DNA of 62,835 nt, counting the filler, from Rhabdomonas costata (lineage: Eukaryota), in assembly GCA_019059605.1 (NCBI GenBank). It is 44 parts of 44 records of this genome, joined end to end, with 100 filler letters (N's around TTAATTAATTAA, not from the genome) between each part and the next. Parts side by side here need not be neighbours in the genome. Positions count along the whole stretch, not along the records: positions 24,323 to 25,661 come from JAHMHO010019169.1; positions 25,762 to 27,092 come from JAHMHO010019170.1; positions 27,193 to 28,521 come from JAHMHO010019171.1; positions 28,622 to 29,952 come from JAHMHO010019172.1; positions 30,053 to 31,382 come from JAHMHO010019173.1; positions 31,483 to 32,812 come from JAHMHO010019174.1; positions 32,913 to 34,242 come from JAHMHO010019175.1; positions 34,343 to 35,673 come from JAHMHO010019176.1; 36 more parts are not named here. One strand, 5' to 3'. The position numbers were made by a program, and so were the translations under genes. The stretch's first letter is position 1, and every line of letters begins with the position of its first letter. Below the pieces are notes generated by a model. The model was not told the origin of the DNA and did not search any database. It saw only the letters and a list, made by a program, of their open reading frames with translations. Positions 25,038 to 37,203 of the stretch are shown here, piece after piece.

Positions 25038-25581
25038 GACATATATCAGCTCAGTTCAGTGCCATGCGAGTAATGTAACAATCTTTGAACTAGATCGACA
25101 ATGACAACAGGAGGAACAATGTGAGAGTGAAGACCTGCCCTCGGGAAGGGTCATTGGACTCTCGAGATCAGTCGTGAAACGACCCAGGTCAATGGTCTCT
25201 GCCGTCACTGCGCGGCTCGGTGTATCCCTGGTCACACGCCAAACACCATGAACTGGTGAACAAACGCAAAACAAGAAGCTAAAACAGCAAAATTAGAGGG
25301 CGGAACAAGAGGATTGCCTTTCAGCCCTTCGGGATGCACAATGCAGTCCACCGTGGACCCCTTCCTGCCCTGAGCGTGGCATTCTGTCAAACCCAACCTG
25401 CAAAAAAAAAAGGAGCAGCAATAGCAATGTGTACAGGAGAAAATGATGTTTGGTCGCAATAGATAATGCGAAAATAAAAAGAAGGTCACTGAACCGTAAA
25501 TTCAAAACTAAACCAGCGCCATCTATCCCTGGGCAACGACCCACCTTCTTGTAATTGTATGATAAAGGACGAAAACACCAG

Positions 25582-25583
<2 letters not shown>

Positions 25584-25641
<58 letters not shown>
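25584..25641. repeat. (AC)29 microsatellite
   Basis: Perfect dinucleotide run. Confidence 0.97.
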
Positions 25642-25644
<3 letters not shown>

Positions 25645-26433
25645 TTGAGAAACAAACCAAANNNNNNNNNNNNNNNNNNNNNNNNNNNNNNNNNNNNNNN
25701 NNNNNTTAATTAATTAANNNNNNNNNNNNNNNNNNNNNNNNNNNNNNNNNNNNNNNNNNNNTTGGTGTTGGGTAACGTGGTAACCTGGGTCACGGGAGGG
25801 GGAAGTAATCGAAAAATTTTCGGATTCGGGATTTTTGTGGTGTCCCCACGGTCATTCCTCAGGCTCACGTAACATTCTTGATGCACAATTTGTGAGCCTG
25901 ACAGAAGAAGAAGCCGGCCTTGCCATGAGTATAGTCCCAGCATCATTTAGCTGGTTCCATTCTTTTTCCTGCAGCATATTCTTTGTTTACTCATGGGAAC
26001 AGCTCTAGAAAGCAGGGTGAGCGCAACAACTGGTGCTTTATGCAGAGAGAGTACGGGTACGTCTCGAGGAATGGTCGAGACACCCTTCATGAGGCCTCCT
26101 CAGGCCTTGGAGTGGCCTCCGCGCCGCGTACAGGGCGCCCACGAGCTTCTGGGGACCGGGAGCTTGACCAGAAGCTGATCCGCGCTGCCTATAGCCTCGG
26201 AACACGGCAAGAGAGCTTCGAATGCTGTTAAATTGTTGACTACTGTGTTGGGTCCATACGTTTGGCGTCGAGGTGGGCTTATACTTCTGGCAGGCTGTGT
26301 ATATACAACTGCTGTCGAAATTGGTAGCTTTTAAACAAATAAGAAAGGTTAAAACTGAAAAACTGAAAAATGAAAATACCAGGAACAAATTCTTACCGAA
26401 GAAACTGCATCCTCCTCCCGTCCTCTGCCATAG

Positions 26434-26690
26434 GCTCTACGTGGACTCAGATCAACGATGGGAGCACCGGAAGCTACAACGTGGATGGCGGGCAAGGGTG
26501 CGGGGTGCTTAATGGGAAAGTCTGGGTCGTCGGAGGCAGCAGCACTAATGTGTGGAGCAGCAGCACCGGGGCCACTGGGAGTTGGTCGCTGATCTCTCCC
26601 ACCACATCTATCTGGAGCGTGAGGGGCAACTTCGGCTTTGCCGTCCTGAACAACAAGATGTGGGTGGTTGCGGGGATTTACCTCAACGAT
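26434..26690 (+). CDS. Exon encoding kelch-like beta-propeller blades
   Basis: tag|...|gtatga. Two repeats: STWTQI...VLNGKVWVVGGSSTNVWSS and SWSLI...WSVRGNFGFAVLNNKMWVVAGIYLND. Confidence 0.82.
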
Positions 26691-27540
26691 GTATGAGTCC
26701 ACGCCTTCTCTCCTCTTTTAAAAAGATGAAGAAGCCAAGCTCCTTTAGGTGAGGACCAATTTAGGGAGAAGGATTTTAGCTTTGGCCCGAGCGATCGTGC
26801 AACCTGAAAGACCTTGAGCAGGACGGGTACTAACCACTGGGGGGCATCTCCAAGCACTGAATGCGCACTCTGGGGAGGAACCCCACCACCACCAGCACCC
26901 GGCACATGTACCACACGGTACTTAGGGTGGCAGTGCGTGGTGTAGTGATCATTACCCAGTCTGTGTACGGTGGTCAGTCCTGCATGTCGTCCTCAACCCA
27001 AAGTCCGCAGGGAAAACCCCTTTCCCAGTTTTGATCTTCTTTTTATTCCTGCACTTTCCTTTGGATGAGCAGCGGAACTCCGCGCTCAGTTCNNNNNNNN
27101 NNNNNNNNNNNNNNNNNNNNNNNNNNNNNNNNNNNNTTAATTAATTAANNNNNNNNNNNNNNNNNNNNNNNNNNNNNNNNNNNNNNNNNNNNGTTGTTTT
27201 TTTTTGGAGTTGCCTTCTTTTCCTATACCTGTGTAAGCAATGCCTTTTGGGTAGAAGGACTTAAAAGCTGGCGCTTCATTTTAAGCTGGTTAGGGATCAC
27301 GCTGTTCTATTTCACAGGCACTTCCTGGGACACCCTGTGAAGCTCAGCGAATCCAGTGAATGAAAAGTTGGATGAAAAGCCCCCGCAGGATTGGTGTGTC
27401 GTCATACAGAAAGGGACCAAGTTTGTTCTCGAGAGTTATCATCTGCTCAAACTCAACCCAATGAAGTGCAGGACCATCCCTCTCCATCTTCCAACGCTAG
27501 CCCCCTCGTCTCCCCCCCTCTCCCTCTCTTTTGATTTCAC

Positions 27541-28201
27541 CTTGGGCCTTGCGGAGGCAGCAAAAGTGGTTGAACATCTGCGAGCGGATGGCCTGACGGC
27601 GGACGTTCCGGGGCTCATCGGGCAGCGCCGCGGAGGTGGCCAGGTCATTGCGGGTCAACATCACTGTGGCCTCGCCCAGGATGTTCCTCTGGATCAGGTC
27701 CTGGGTGCGGGGGTAGCAAGCAAGCGGAGGAGATGAAGGTGCTGGGGAGGCCATAAAAAGGGAAACGCAAGGGTATGCATTGGCGCAAAATAATGGGGTT
27801 GGAAAGCGAGCAGCAAAGCCAGGAAAGAGCGCAGTTGTGAGGATGGGGACGGGTGGCAGGTGCTGCATTGATTAACTATAGAGCTCACATTTCACAACAT
27901 TGCCTGTGCGGGCTGCTCCCAGATGCAACTCTCAGCAGCCTTCCCATGGATCCTGCCTGCTGGCGGCAGCTCCGCGTCAGCGGTGGTGTAGTGGAACAAA
28001 TGCCAACGCAAAACCGTAAAAAACAAACTCTTCGTAGCGCTATCACACAAACGCGTACGCATGTAAACAAACCTGGGCCACAAGGTTGGTGAGCTCTGCC
28101 ACCTTAAGCGCTGCATCGGCGGTCTCCGGGGAGTCTCCGAAATGGGCTCGCCTCAGCTCCAGGGCCTGCCCCTGCAGCTCCAAAGCCTCCTTGTAGTGTA
28201 C
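27541..28201 (-). CDS. TPR-like helical-repeat protein (two exons)
   Basis: Exons 28201-28073 and 27700-27541, phase 0: VHYKEALELQGQALELRRAHFGDSPETADAALKVAELTNLVAQ|DLIQRNILGEA...MFNHFCCLRKAQ. Confidence 0.7.
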
Positions 28202-28689
28202 CTAAGAGAAAAGAGAATGCATCTAGCCATGCTCTTCACCCTCCCTCCCACATTACTCAACCGAATTCCGCGCAACCTCCGCTGCTCCACAAGTTTCCTT
28301 CACAAAAGGTGCCACTACAACCAACGGCGACATGCCATAAGACTGTATACCTGCTGAGTAAAAGGAGGGGGGGGGCGCCGGCAAAAAACGTAGTGCGTCC
28401 GGCGTGCTTCTTCACTCCTTCGGCCCTTTCCCTCCGCAACGTGACATCACCCCACCTCGATCTGTGTACGAAAAAAATACGAATGTTGAAAGGGAGAGAG
28501 AGTCAAGGCTTCCACACACAANNNNNNNNNNNNNNNNNNNNNNNNNNNNNNNNNNNNNNNNNNNNTTAATTAATTAANNNNNNNNNNNNNNNNNNNNNNN
28601 NNNNNNNNNNNNNNNNNNNNNTGTTTGTTCGGGTACCGAAAGAAAAAGACAATTAGTGAGTATTATTGAGGTATTTGGTGTGAATAGTG

Positions 28690-29680
28690 GGGACTATTCA
28701 TAATTGAACCCCGAAATGTGGGGCTTTATACATAAAATGTACTTTTGTGAAGTGTGTTCTATCTATGTTATAGTGCGCATTATTTACCTGCCAATTTGTG
28801 AATAGTGGGCACCATCTATTGTATCGGTCACTGCAACAGGTTAACCTACCGGTTTCCAGGCAAGCTGGAAATGAGCGGAAATTTGTAATACTTGCAATAC
28901 TTGGACTCGTGCCAGCGCGCCCGGTCACACTTTTCCTCTTTGTAGGTTTCGGCGGGCCTGGAGAATGTGGTGGTGCTAGACGACCTAGACGCTTAAGATC
29001 GGAGGGGGGGGTTACGAATAGCGTGCGCTGTTTTCTTATCATGTGAACGTTTTGGCCCTTTCGTCCAACTGCAGGATAAAACACTGTGCACCTCTCCTTT
29101 TTCTTCGTCCTTCCGGTCGTCTCTGCGAAAGACCCCACAGCACACAGGCCCGCCTCGCCCCTTCCATCATTTGTTACCCTTACGATATCTGTGTTCCTGT
29201 CTTCCGGGTATACATGTATTGCCTTTGCCCCCTTTGGAATCACACCACAATCCACGGCGCGTGTTCTCCGTTTTTTCTCTAGTTTCCCTCTATGATCACT
29301 TGACCTCCACGCAATGTCCACCACGCTTTTCCTTCGTTGCCAGTGTAAGTTATTGCATTGCCTATTGCCCGGACCCTGAACAACCTGTACGCTGCTGGGT
29401 TTGTTTCCCCAGCCAGCCAAACCTGCCCCTCAAGAACAACCACATGCACTTCGCCTTCCGCGCCACTGGCGCGTTTCGCCTGAGGACGGGTATTGTCAAC
29501 TTCACAAGCCCAACATACTGGTGGTCCCCTTGCAGAACTTGCTACTGCGGGCTTCGGTTTCGCCTTCGGTTTCGGAATCCGGTTCGTTTCCGGTTGAACA
29601 GGAGCCGGGGCTGCCGGAAGGACGGAGCGGAGCCGGAGGCTTGGGTTGAACAGGAACGAGTCTGCTGGAAGTCTGGGTAA
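28690..29680 (-). mobile_element. Possible degenerate retroelement relic (gag-like and RT-like remnants)
   Basis: KPKAKPKP...PPVCWAC (partial zinc knuckle), then ITNFR...LFTNWQVNNAHYNI...YKAPHFG...NSP, loosely resembling RT motifs. Frameshifts, no splice structure. Confidence 0.3.
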
Positions 29681-30968
29681 ACGTTTATCGCCCTCTAACT
29701 TCTTGCCCCTGCAAACAGTCTACTGAAAATTCTCAGTATATTGTCGTTTAAACGCGTGTAGCGGGGACTATACGCCGTGGTTGTTTGAATAGTCCCCACT
29801 GCGCGATCCGATAGTGGGCACTACACAAGCCTTGAATTTGGTGGTGTTCGGAGTCAAGATCGCTAAAAACTCGAATATTGCAGGTGTTTCAAGGATTCGA
29901 ATCCGCTCCGAAGATGACATGGCTAGCGTGACTTAGGAGGAGTGGGTAACACNNNNNNNNNNNNNNNNNNNNNNNNNNNNNNNNNNNNNNNNNNNNTTAA
30001 TTAATTAANNNNNNNNNNNNNNNNNNNNNNNNNNNNNNNNNNNNNNNNNNNNGTTGTGTGGTATGGGCGGAGACAACGAGAAAGGGGAGGGGACGGGTGG
30101 CGTGGCGCTTTCATGTTCGCAATGCAAAGTAATTCGTCGTATTCGTCATATCGTGACCGTTGAGTGAGATGAAGGAATGATTTTCGGACGGAGCTGAAAG
30201 AAATTCCACGGCACTCGTGTCAGGTATGTCATCCAGCCTAAGGATTGACTATTTGATTTGATCAGAAGGATCTGTCGCCGTTGCCGCTTGTCTTGGGCCA
30301 AGGAGAAACGATGACCACTTCAGAACTCATCGGCACTGACTGTGCGGTGCGGGTACCCCAAAACAAATTTCTAGTGTCGTAACAACATCAAACTATTGAG
30401 CTTAAGTGGAATCTCGACCCCCCCCCCCCCGTGAACCACCCCTGTAGTTCATGTTGGTGAACCACGGACGGGGGAGGGAAGCCATAGGTGTGCCGTGCCA
30501 AAGTTGGGGTGTGGGTGGAACTCGGGAGTGAGGTGGCTCCGGCCGCACCGCGTCTGGCCTTAGCATCGTATATAATTCAATCCCTCATGGGGAGTTAGAC
30601 CCAGGGGAACAAAGAAAACGTCCACTCAACAGACAAACAGACAAAACTGTCCCTAAAAGAAAGAAGAAAGTCCACTGCACGGGGTTAAGCGTTCTCATAG
30701 GGTTGGGGTTTTGTGGCTGTTGTGACAAGTCTGCCACAACACAACTTCGTCCAAAGCAGTCACAGGGAAGGCTCGGGAGCTACAGGACACAGAGACGGGA
30801 GAGCAAGGACAAATACGGTCGCTGTGGACGTTTGTGGTTCACGGCGGGAGGGGGTTGAGTTTCCACCTCACAACAATTTTCCCCCCTGACCCCCCCAAAA
30901 TGCATCAGCCTGAGGATCAGAGGATCAGGGATGCTGTGCATCGCAGGTTTTGAGGAGGAAGCGCAGAC

Positions 30969-31215
30969 CGGTGTCTCGGACGACCCCCTTGGGCTTCCCC
31001 GTGGTGCCCGAGGTGTACAGGATGTACGAGGGGTGCTCGCTTGGCACCCACTCAGGCTCCACGATGACCCCGGTGCCCACCTCGACCATCTCCTGGGCCA
31101 GCAGCACGTCGCGGCCGGGCACAACCTGGAAGGGCACCAGCCCGCGGTCCACCACAATGCAGTGGCGAACCGCGATGCCGGCCTTTCCCGCGGCCACCAC
31201 AGCGTCGTCCACAAT
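30969..31215 (-). CDS. prpE: Propionyl-CoA synthetase / acyl-CoA synthetase exon (AMP-binding motif)
   Basis: cag|IVDDAV...VVDRGL...[27 protein letters not shown]|gtctgc. The AMP-binding signature plus DRGL and GVxRDxG are typical of PrpE/ACSS3. Confidence 0.85.
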
Positions 31216-33639
31216 CTGAGACAGAGAAAAGTCAGGAAACTCAGATTCCTGGCCCAGAGCCAAACCAGCCACACCAGCTCATGGAGAATGATAACGGAAA
31301 CGCAAGCGACAAGAGCTCTTGAAAACAGAACCGGAAAGCACCGAGCAAAAACACTAAAAAAAATGCATGAACGAGAAAGAAGNNNNNNNNNNNNNNNNNN
31401 NNNNNNNNNNNNNNNNNNNNNNNNNNTTAATTAATTAANNNNNNNNNNNNNNNNNNNNNNNNNNNNNNNNNNNNNNNNNNNNAAAAGTCTGGGTTTCCAG
31501 CCGGCCTAGGCCAGGGCGGGTCCGCGAGGCCCGAAAGGGTGAATTGCCCATGGGTCGCCATCTTTCCACCTTCTTGCGCTTCATTGCCATTGCTCCTCGC
31601 GATCTTTGCTACCAACGGCCGGCCGGTCATTGAGGCCGCGTGTCCGCTGCACGTGCTACGGCTGAACCGGCACCGTAAAATTTGCACGTTGCCAGTAACC
31701 GATGATCGGATGGGACTCAGCCCTCAGACATTTTTTTAAAACCAAGTGACCGGTAACCGGCTTGTTCGAGCAAGGTGTCCCGGAGTAGGGTGTGATTCCA
31801 TAACGGAGGCACATGACTACGTGCAGCTTTTCCGCCTTTTGCCATGAAGGGGATGCCACATGATTCACTTTTAAAAGCTGCGAAACACACACTGTCCAGG
31901 AAGTTGTATTTGTTGTGGAAGGAACGTTGAGGCGCTCGAGTTGTGCAGTTCCAGAGGCACTAGCAACGCCTGTAGGGTGGTTCTTCTAGCTATGCCTGCC
32001 GGTGCTTGCACTCCAATGAGGCCACCACCCAGCTGTTGTTCATATGGTGGCCGCGCTCGTCGTTGTCCAATTCCCCCGATGAGCGAGGCATGACCAAACA
32101 TTGAATCTGCATGGGCGTGCGACCGCACACACCAGGTTGGCCAGAAAGCCGCCGGATGCCAAATGCCAACAAGTCGTGTGCCACTACAAAGACTTGCGGT
32201 CTTGGTCAGCGCGGGATCTTGTCAACACGGATGTTTCCAGTGCGGCACTTGTCCAATCAACGCAAATGGAAATTTTAGTGTCCCACCAATCATTCCAGTG
32301 AACGCGGCCGTACATTAATCGGTTTACAAAACCCTGACCATTCTGATGCTTCAACACGATCAGCAATACGGCAACGCTTTCCAAGAAAAAATTACGACTA
32401 TCTTTACAGCAACACTTTTCATTTAACATGATGCCATATTTTCACATCCTTACTGTATAATTACCGGCAAAAAACTTGCAATTCAAATTTATAACAAGCA
32501 CAAACAGACAGGCAAACTTCTTTGCAACATAATACAGAAAACATTTAGCCTCATACACAGCAAACTAAAAACACAGGTTTTTTTAACCTCATTAGTATAA
32601 CCCGTTTAAAGCAAATTTTTGTACACATTTAACAACCTCTGAAATTAGTGAGACTAATTTTTAGTTTAAGAATGCAAATTAACTTGCCAAAAGTACTCTG
32701 AAATTAAGTCTAAAAACAACATTGCTTTCAAAAGCGAAAATTACACGCTGCCTGCCTCATGTTCTTTTGTTTTCTTGAAATTATAGTCCGCACAACACAG
32801 GTTTGGAGTTTTNNNNNNNNNNNNNNNNNNNNNNNNNNNNNNNNNNNNNNNNNNNNTTAATTAATTAANNNNNNNNNNNNNNNNNNNNNNNNNNNNNNNN
32901 NNNNNNNNNNNNTTGTGGTGTGTGGCGCCGTGCCTTCTGCCAGGCGACCGCCTTGGAGTGCTGTCCTCGAAGGGTTTGTAGGGCAGCCGACCGCGCAGCC
33001 ACGGAGTCCTGAAATGAGTGGAATTGAAAGCGTAACGCGCCACAGCATCAGCACCCGGGGTCATCTGTGTGACATCCGGAATCGCGGGGCCTTTTTTGTC
33101 GGGGGGGGTCATGGGCGTCTTTCCAAGACGAAGGCAATTTTGCAGAACAGCAAGTACATGCAGCAAATACCCAACGCAGGTTACATCGTAAAGAAAGAGC
33201 TCGTGTTTTGGGGGTAAAAGGGACATACAAAAGGCGATATGGGAGGGTATACGTTTATTGTTTTGAAACAAAAACATACTCCGGCACTGACCAGCTGGAA
33301 AAAGGAAGCGTGCGCATACTCCATTGGCATCGCCCCGCTTCGCTTAGCGCACGTCGCTCGCCTCGCAGCGCTACGTTGGGCGCTCGGAGGCGCATATACG
33401 CGCCACAAAAGCAACGTGGTTGAAAGTCGCCGTTAAAAAATTCATGCCGAAATTAGTTGCGCGCTACAGCCTACTTTTGGGATGTTACTTGCTTTGAAGC
33501 CGTTACGTCAGGCGAGTTTATATAGTTTTAAGCGTCGCGCCATAAAAACAAAACCTTCGACGTGACGCTCTCGACCGATCGAAACGTTATACGGGGCAGT
33601 TGAGCGCTGCGGACTTCCTCACAAAATCCGCCTCCACAC

Positions 33640-33767
33640 CTTCAGCTTGCCCAGAGTAGCCTTCTTGTCTTCCAGAGCGGCCTCCCGAGCGCTGTTCTGC
33701 TCCCGCAACGCAACGAAGCGCTGCACGCGGCGCTGGCACTCGGCCTCAACCTTCGCCACGGTCTCCT
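33640..33767 (-). CDS. Coiled-coil exon, unknown protein
   Basis: cag|ETVAKVEAECQRRVQRFVALREQNSAREAALEDKKATLGKLK|gtgtgg. Confidence 0.6.
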
Positions 33768-34342
33768 CTGTATGGCATAGATGGTGTTACAACGGCTCAG
33801 GTTAAACTCCGCAACTCTGAGAACCTTCTGCTCATGTCACACACAACTATGCAATCCAACGGATTCTGCAGGAGCAGGACGTACACTCGCCACCGGGAGC
33901 CAGCTGCTGGGCGGTCCAAAGAACCACACAAAACCACTCATGGACACAAGGTCAAGGAAAGGGCTTCAGTCAAGAGTTGCAGTGTGAAAACGGCACATCT
34001 TTCATCAGGAGATACCTTGGCAGTGAATAGTGAAGGTTCACGTTGTTTTCAGCTAGCTTTCTCCTCAGTTGATCAAGATTTATTTGGTTTTCAAGAGAGT
34101 GGGCACACCATCCTCAGGGGCCCCCGCTCTCCTTCTGCTTCTTTTACCTGTACTTCTGCTCATTGTTTTGTTTATGATGAGACGCACAACCAAAAATGTC
34201 CCCTACACTCCGGCCAACAACAAGATGCGCAAGAAGACCAGTNNNNNNNNNNNNNNNNNNNNNNNNNNNNNNNNNNNNNNNNNNNNTTAATTAATTAANN
34301 NNNNNNNNNNNNNNNNNNNNNNNNNNNNNNNNNNNNNNNNNN

Positions 34343-35673
34343 GGTGTGGGGGTTGATGGTGCTTGGTGGTTGATGCGTTGGGTTGTCAGGGCGTCTGGTG
34401 TTGTTGGGTCTTACGGTCTGTTGGGTTGATGCGTCTCAAGGTCTCATTGTGTCACGGTCACTCTGTCTCAGCCTCCGTCTCATGGCCTTCCTGTTTCTGT
34501 CTGTAGTGTGTCTGTAGTGTCTGTAGTGTGTGGTGTCATGTCCTCTGTAAGCGTATGGTGTATGGTGTATGGTGGTGTCATGGTGTTACGGTCTGTAAGG
34601 GTATGGTGTTGGTGCGTTCGTGTCACGGTCTCTGCCTCTGTTTGTGTCTCAAGGATGGTGTCATGGCTTGATGTCTCTGTTTCTGTAAGCGTATCTGTAA
34701 TGGCTGTGTGTTTCCTGCTGTTGTGAGGGGTTGAGTGTCACGGTTTCTGTCTCAAGTGCTTGTAGAGTGGTGGTGTTACGGTGTCAGGATGTCCAGTGCC
34801 TCATCAGTGCTTGTCGTGTTCCAGGGTGTGTCATGGTGTCTTTGGGTGGTGAGGAGGGGTGTCAAGGATGGTATCATGGTGTGTATTCTGTGCTGATGTG
34901 AAGGGCTGTATCCTGTGTGGAGGGGTTGTAGGATGTGTAAAGGGTGGTATCCTGGTGGTATTCTGTGTGTATTCCTGACGGCTGTATTCTGGTGTAGGGT
35001 ATTGGATGTTGGATGTTGAGGGGGTTTAAGAGAGTGAGGGGTTCTGTATTCTACCTGCGGTGCTTTTATGCCTTCTACTACGCTACGCTTCGTGACCTCT
35101 ACCTCTACTACGGCATGTCCGTACCGACCATGCCTACATGATGCCTTGATGCTAAAGTGAGACCCAAACCTCTACCTCTACCTGTATTGTTCTTCGTGTG
35201 GCTACGCCCGGACGGAGCATCCTGTACCGCCTAATGGCGGGGAGTGAGGAGTGGGAGATGGAGGCATGATCCGAGGGACCGAGGGGCATGCCGACCAGTG
35301 GATGTTGAAGACCGCCTTACGGCGACGCTCTCACTACGTTACGCTACGCTCCACTCACTTCGTTCGTAATGCGTTGTTCCGTCGCTCCCCGCAATGCGGT
35401 ACGCTCCTTCACGACGACTGGATGCTGGTCGTCACTCGTCACTGCGTTCCTCGTTCCTCCTTCTATTCTTTACGTCGTCATGACTTCGCTACGCTCGTCA
35501 TTCCTCCTACTATCCCCACTCACTCTCACTGCGTTCGTGTTCGTGGGGCCCCTTTCTTAACGCTTCGTCACTTCGTTCCTCGCTAAGTTTACCAACTAAC
35601 CAATCACTAAAAGACAAAAAAGGAAGCACAACCTCAACAGGTTGTCGGTTTCAGTTGGAGGAACACCCCAAAA
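34343..35673 (-). other. Hairpin-core element family, member 1: G/T-skewed region (34343-~35060) plus mini-hairpin core (~35070-35593)
   Basis: Shares 34/35 nt with 38132-38166 and 34/37 nt with 42050-42086, both inverted. Dense RCGNAGY motifs on the minus strand; no credible ORF. Confidence 0.8.
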
Positions 35674-35870
35674 NNNNNNNNNNNNNNNNNNNNNNNNNNN
35701 NNNNNNNNNNNNNNNNNTTAATTAATTAANNNNNNNNNNNNNNNNNNNNNNNNNNNNNNNNNNNNNNNNNNNNCATATTTTCCCTGTTTGTTTTTCTCTT
35801 TCCCCTTTGAGTGTGCTCGCGACTGCCCACCTGCTTCCCCGTCCTGCTCACCCTTTTTTCCCCTCCCACG

Positions 35871-37084
35871 ATGACCTCGGCTTCTGCGGTGCCGTCTCCG
35901 GTGCCACCCAGCGAAGACACCGGCAGTCCCCACCACAGGGCCGCGAGGCAGCCCTCTGCACTCCCGAGGCCGCTGTTTCGGGAGAACCTGGCTCGGGCCC
36001 AGGCCCTGCGCGGGCAGGAGCGGAGCTCCTACCGAACGCTGCCCTACGGGGGCTTCTCGTACCTTCCGCCAGCGCCTTCGCCCCACATGAACACCTTCCT
36101 GCTCTCCGCCGAGTGGGGCGACAGCGCGGTGCAAGCGCTGCGAAGGGTCTCTGGAGCTCCCTCATGGCCCAGCGCTACCAGCCTGTTCCAGGCAAACACA
36201 ACACGTGCACACGTACACAAACACATAAGTAAGACTGCCTTATTGCGGAGACAAAATCACAATCACCTCAACAGGCAATTTGCTAAAAGCAACCTGCACA
36301 GGAAAAACAACGGTTTCACACGCACACACACACCACACACATACGCACTGCTTCCTGGCCGCTTCTCGGAATTGGGTCACTCCTGTCCCTTTGTATGTAG
36401 ATCCTTGCGAAACCTCCCTGGCTCACATTCTTGCGCTCACGCGCTCACTCACAAGCATCCACGCAGAGTCAGAACTGCTTTTTTCTGCCAGCCTTTCGAC
36501 ACTCAGCAGAAAGTTCAGTCGACTGGGGACAGTCAGTACAGCGTGGTGGGAATAGAAAGGCGAGCTGCCGGTAATTTTGGAATGGGCTGAAGAGAGACAA
36601 AAACGAATAATAAGGAAATCGTGCAAAACTCTGATGTCACAGTGATGCAGTTCTTGGATAATATGGCAATGATGCGGAAAGTCGGAAAAGTTGGGGGCCG
36701 CTGGAAAAAATCCAGGATCCAGCACCTGCCCCACGTGTCCAGGCATGCACACCAACGCAAAGGCAGACTGACGTCAACTGAATTGCTGGCTACCCCAAAC
36801 CGCTTGCAATTTTAGTTTTAATATACTTTTGTAGCAGACGTCGGCCTCTCTCCGCAGACCTGAAGAGGGCGCGCTCTCATCTCCGGAACAAGGTGTGCCT
36901 CCTTGATATGAATGATGCCTCCCACAGGACTCCCTGCTGACACCCTCGTCGTGGCCTTCCACGGCGGTGGGGTACTCGTCGGCTGCCGGTGGGCAACGGG
37001 CCTCCTGGACCAGCAGCTCGGGCTCCCTGCTGCGCCAGCCCTTCCCCAGCCACTCGGGCGCGGCCCCGAGTCCCGGGGCGTCAG
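35871..37084 (+). CDS. Two exons of a Ser/Pro-rich protein, unknown function
   Basis: 35871-36191 (ATG...CAG|gcaaac, GC donor) and 36928-37084 (cag|DSLLTPSSW...|gttcgc), phase 0. Confidence 0.55.
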
Positions 37085-37203
37085 GTTCGCACACACCACA
37101 CACNNNNNNNNNNNNNNNNNNNNNNNNNNNNNNNNNNNNNNNNNNNNTTAATTAATTAANNNNNNNNNNNNNNNNNNNNNNNNNNNNNNNNNNNNNNNNN
37201 NNN

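Noticed and set aside
34508-34726. Val/Ser-rich ORF, and the Thr-rich ORF at 42458-42742
   Set aside because: By-products of G/T versus C/A skew; no splice or codon support.
34921-34940. Kinetoplastid CSB-3 (GGGGTTGGTGTA)
   Set aside because: Only GGGGTTG matches, which is expected by chance in a G/T-rich tract; no exact CSB-3 was found.
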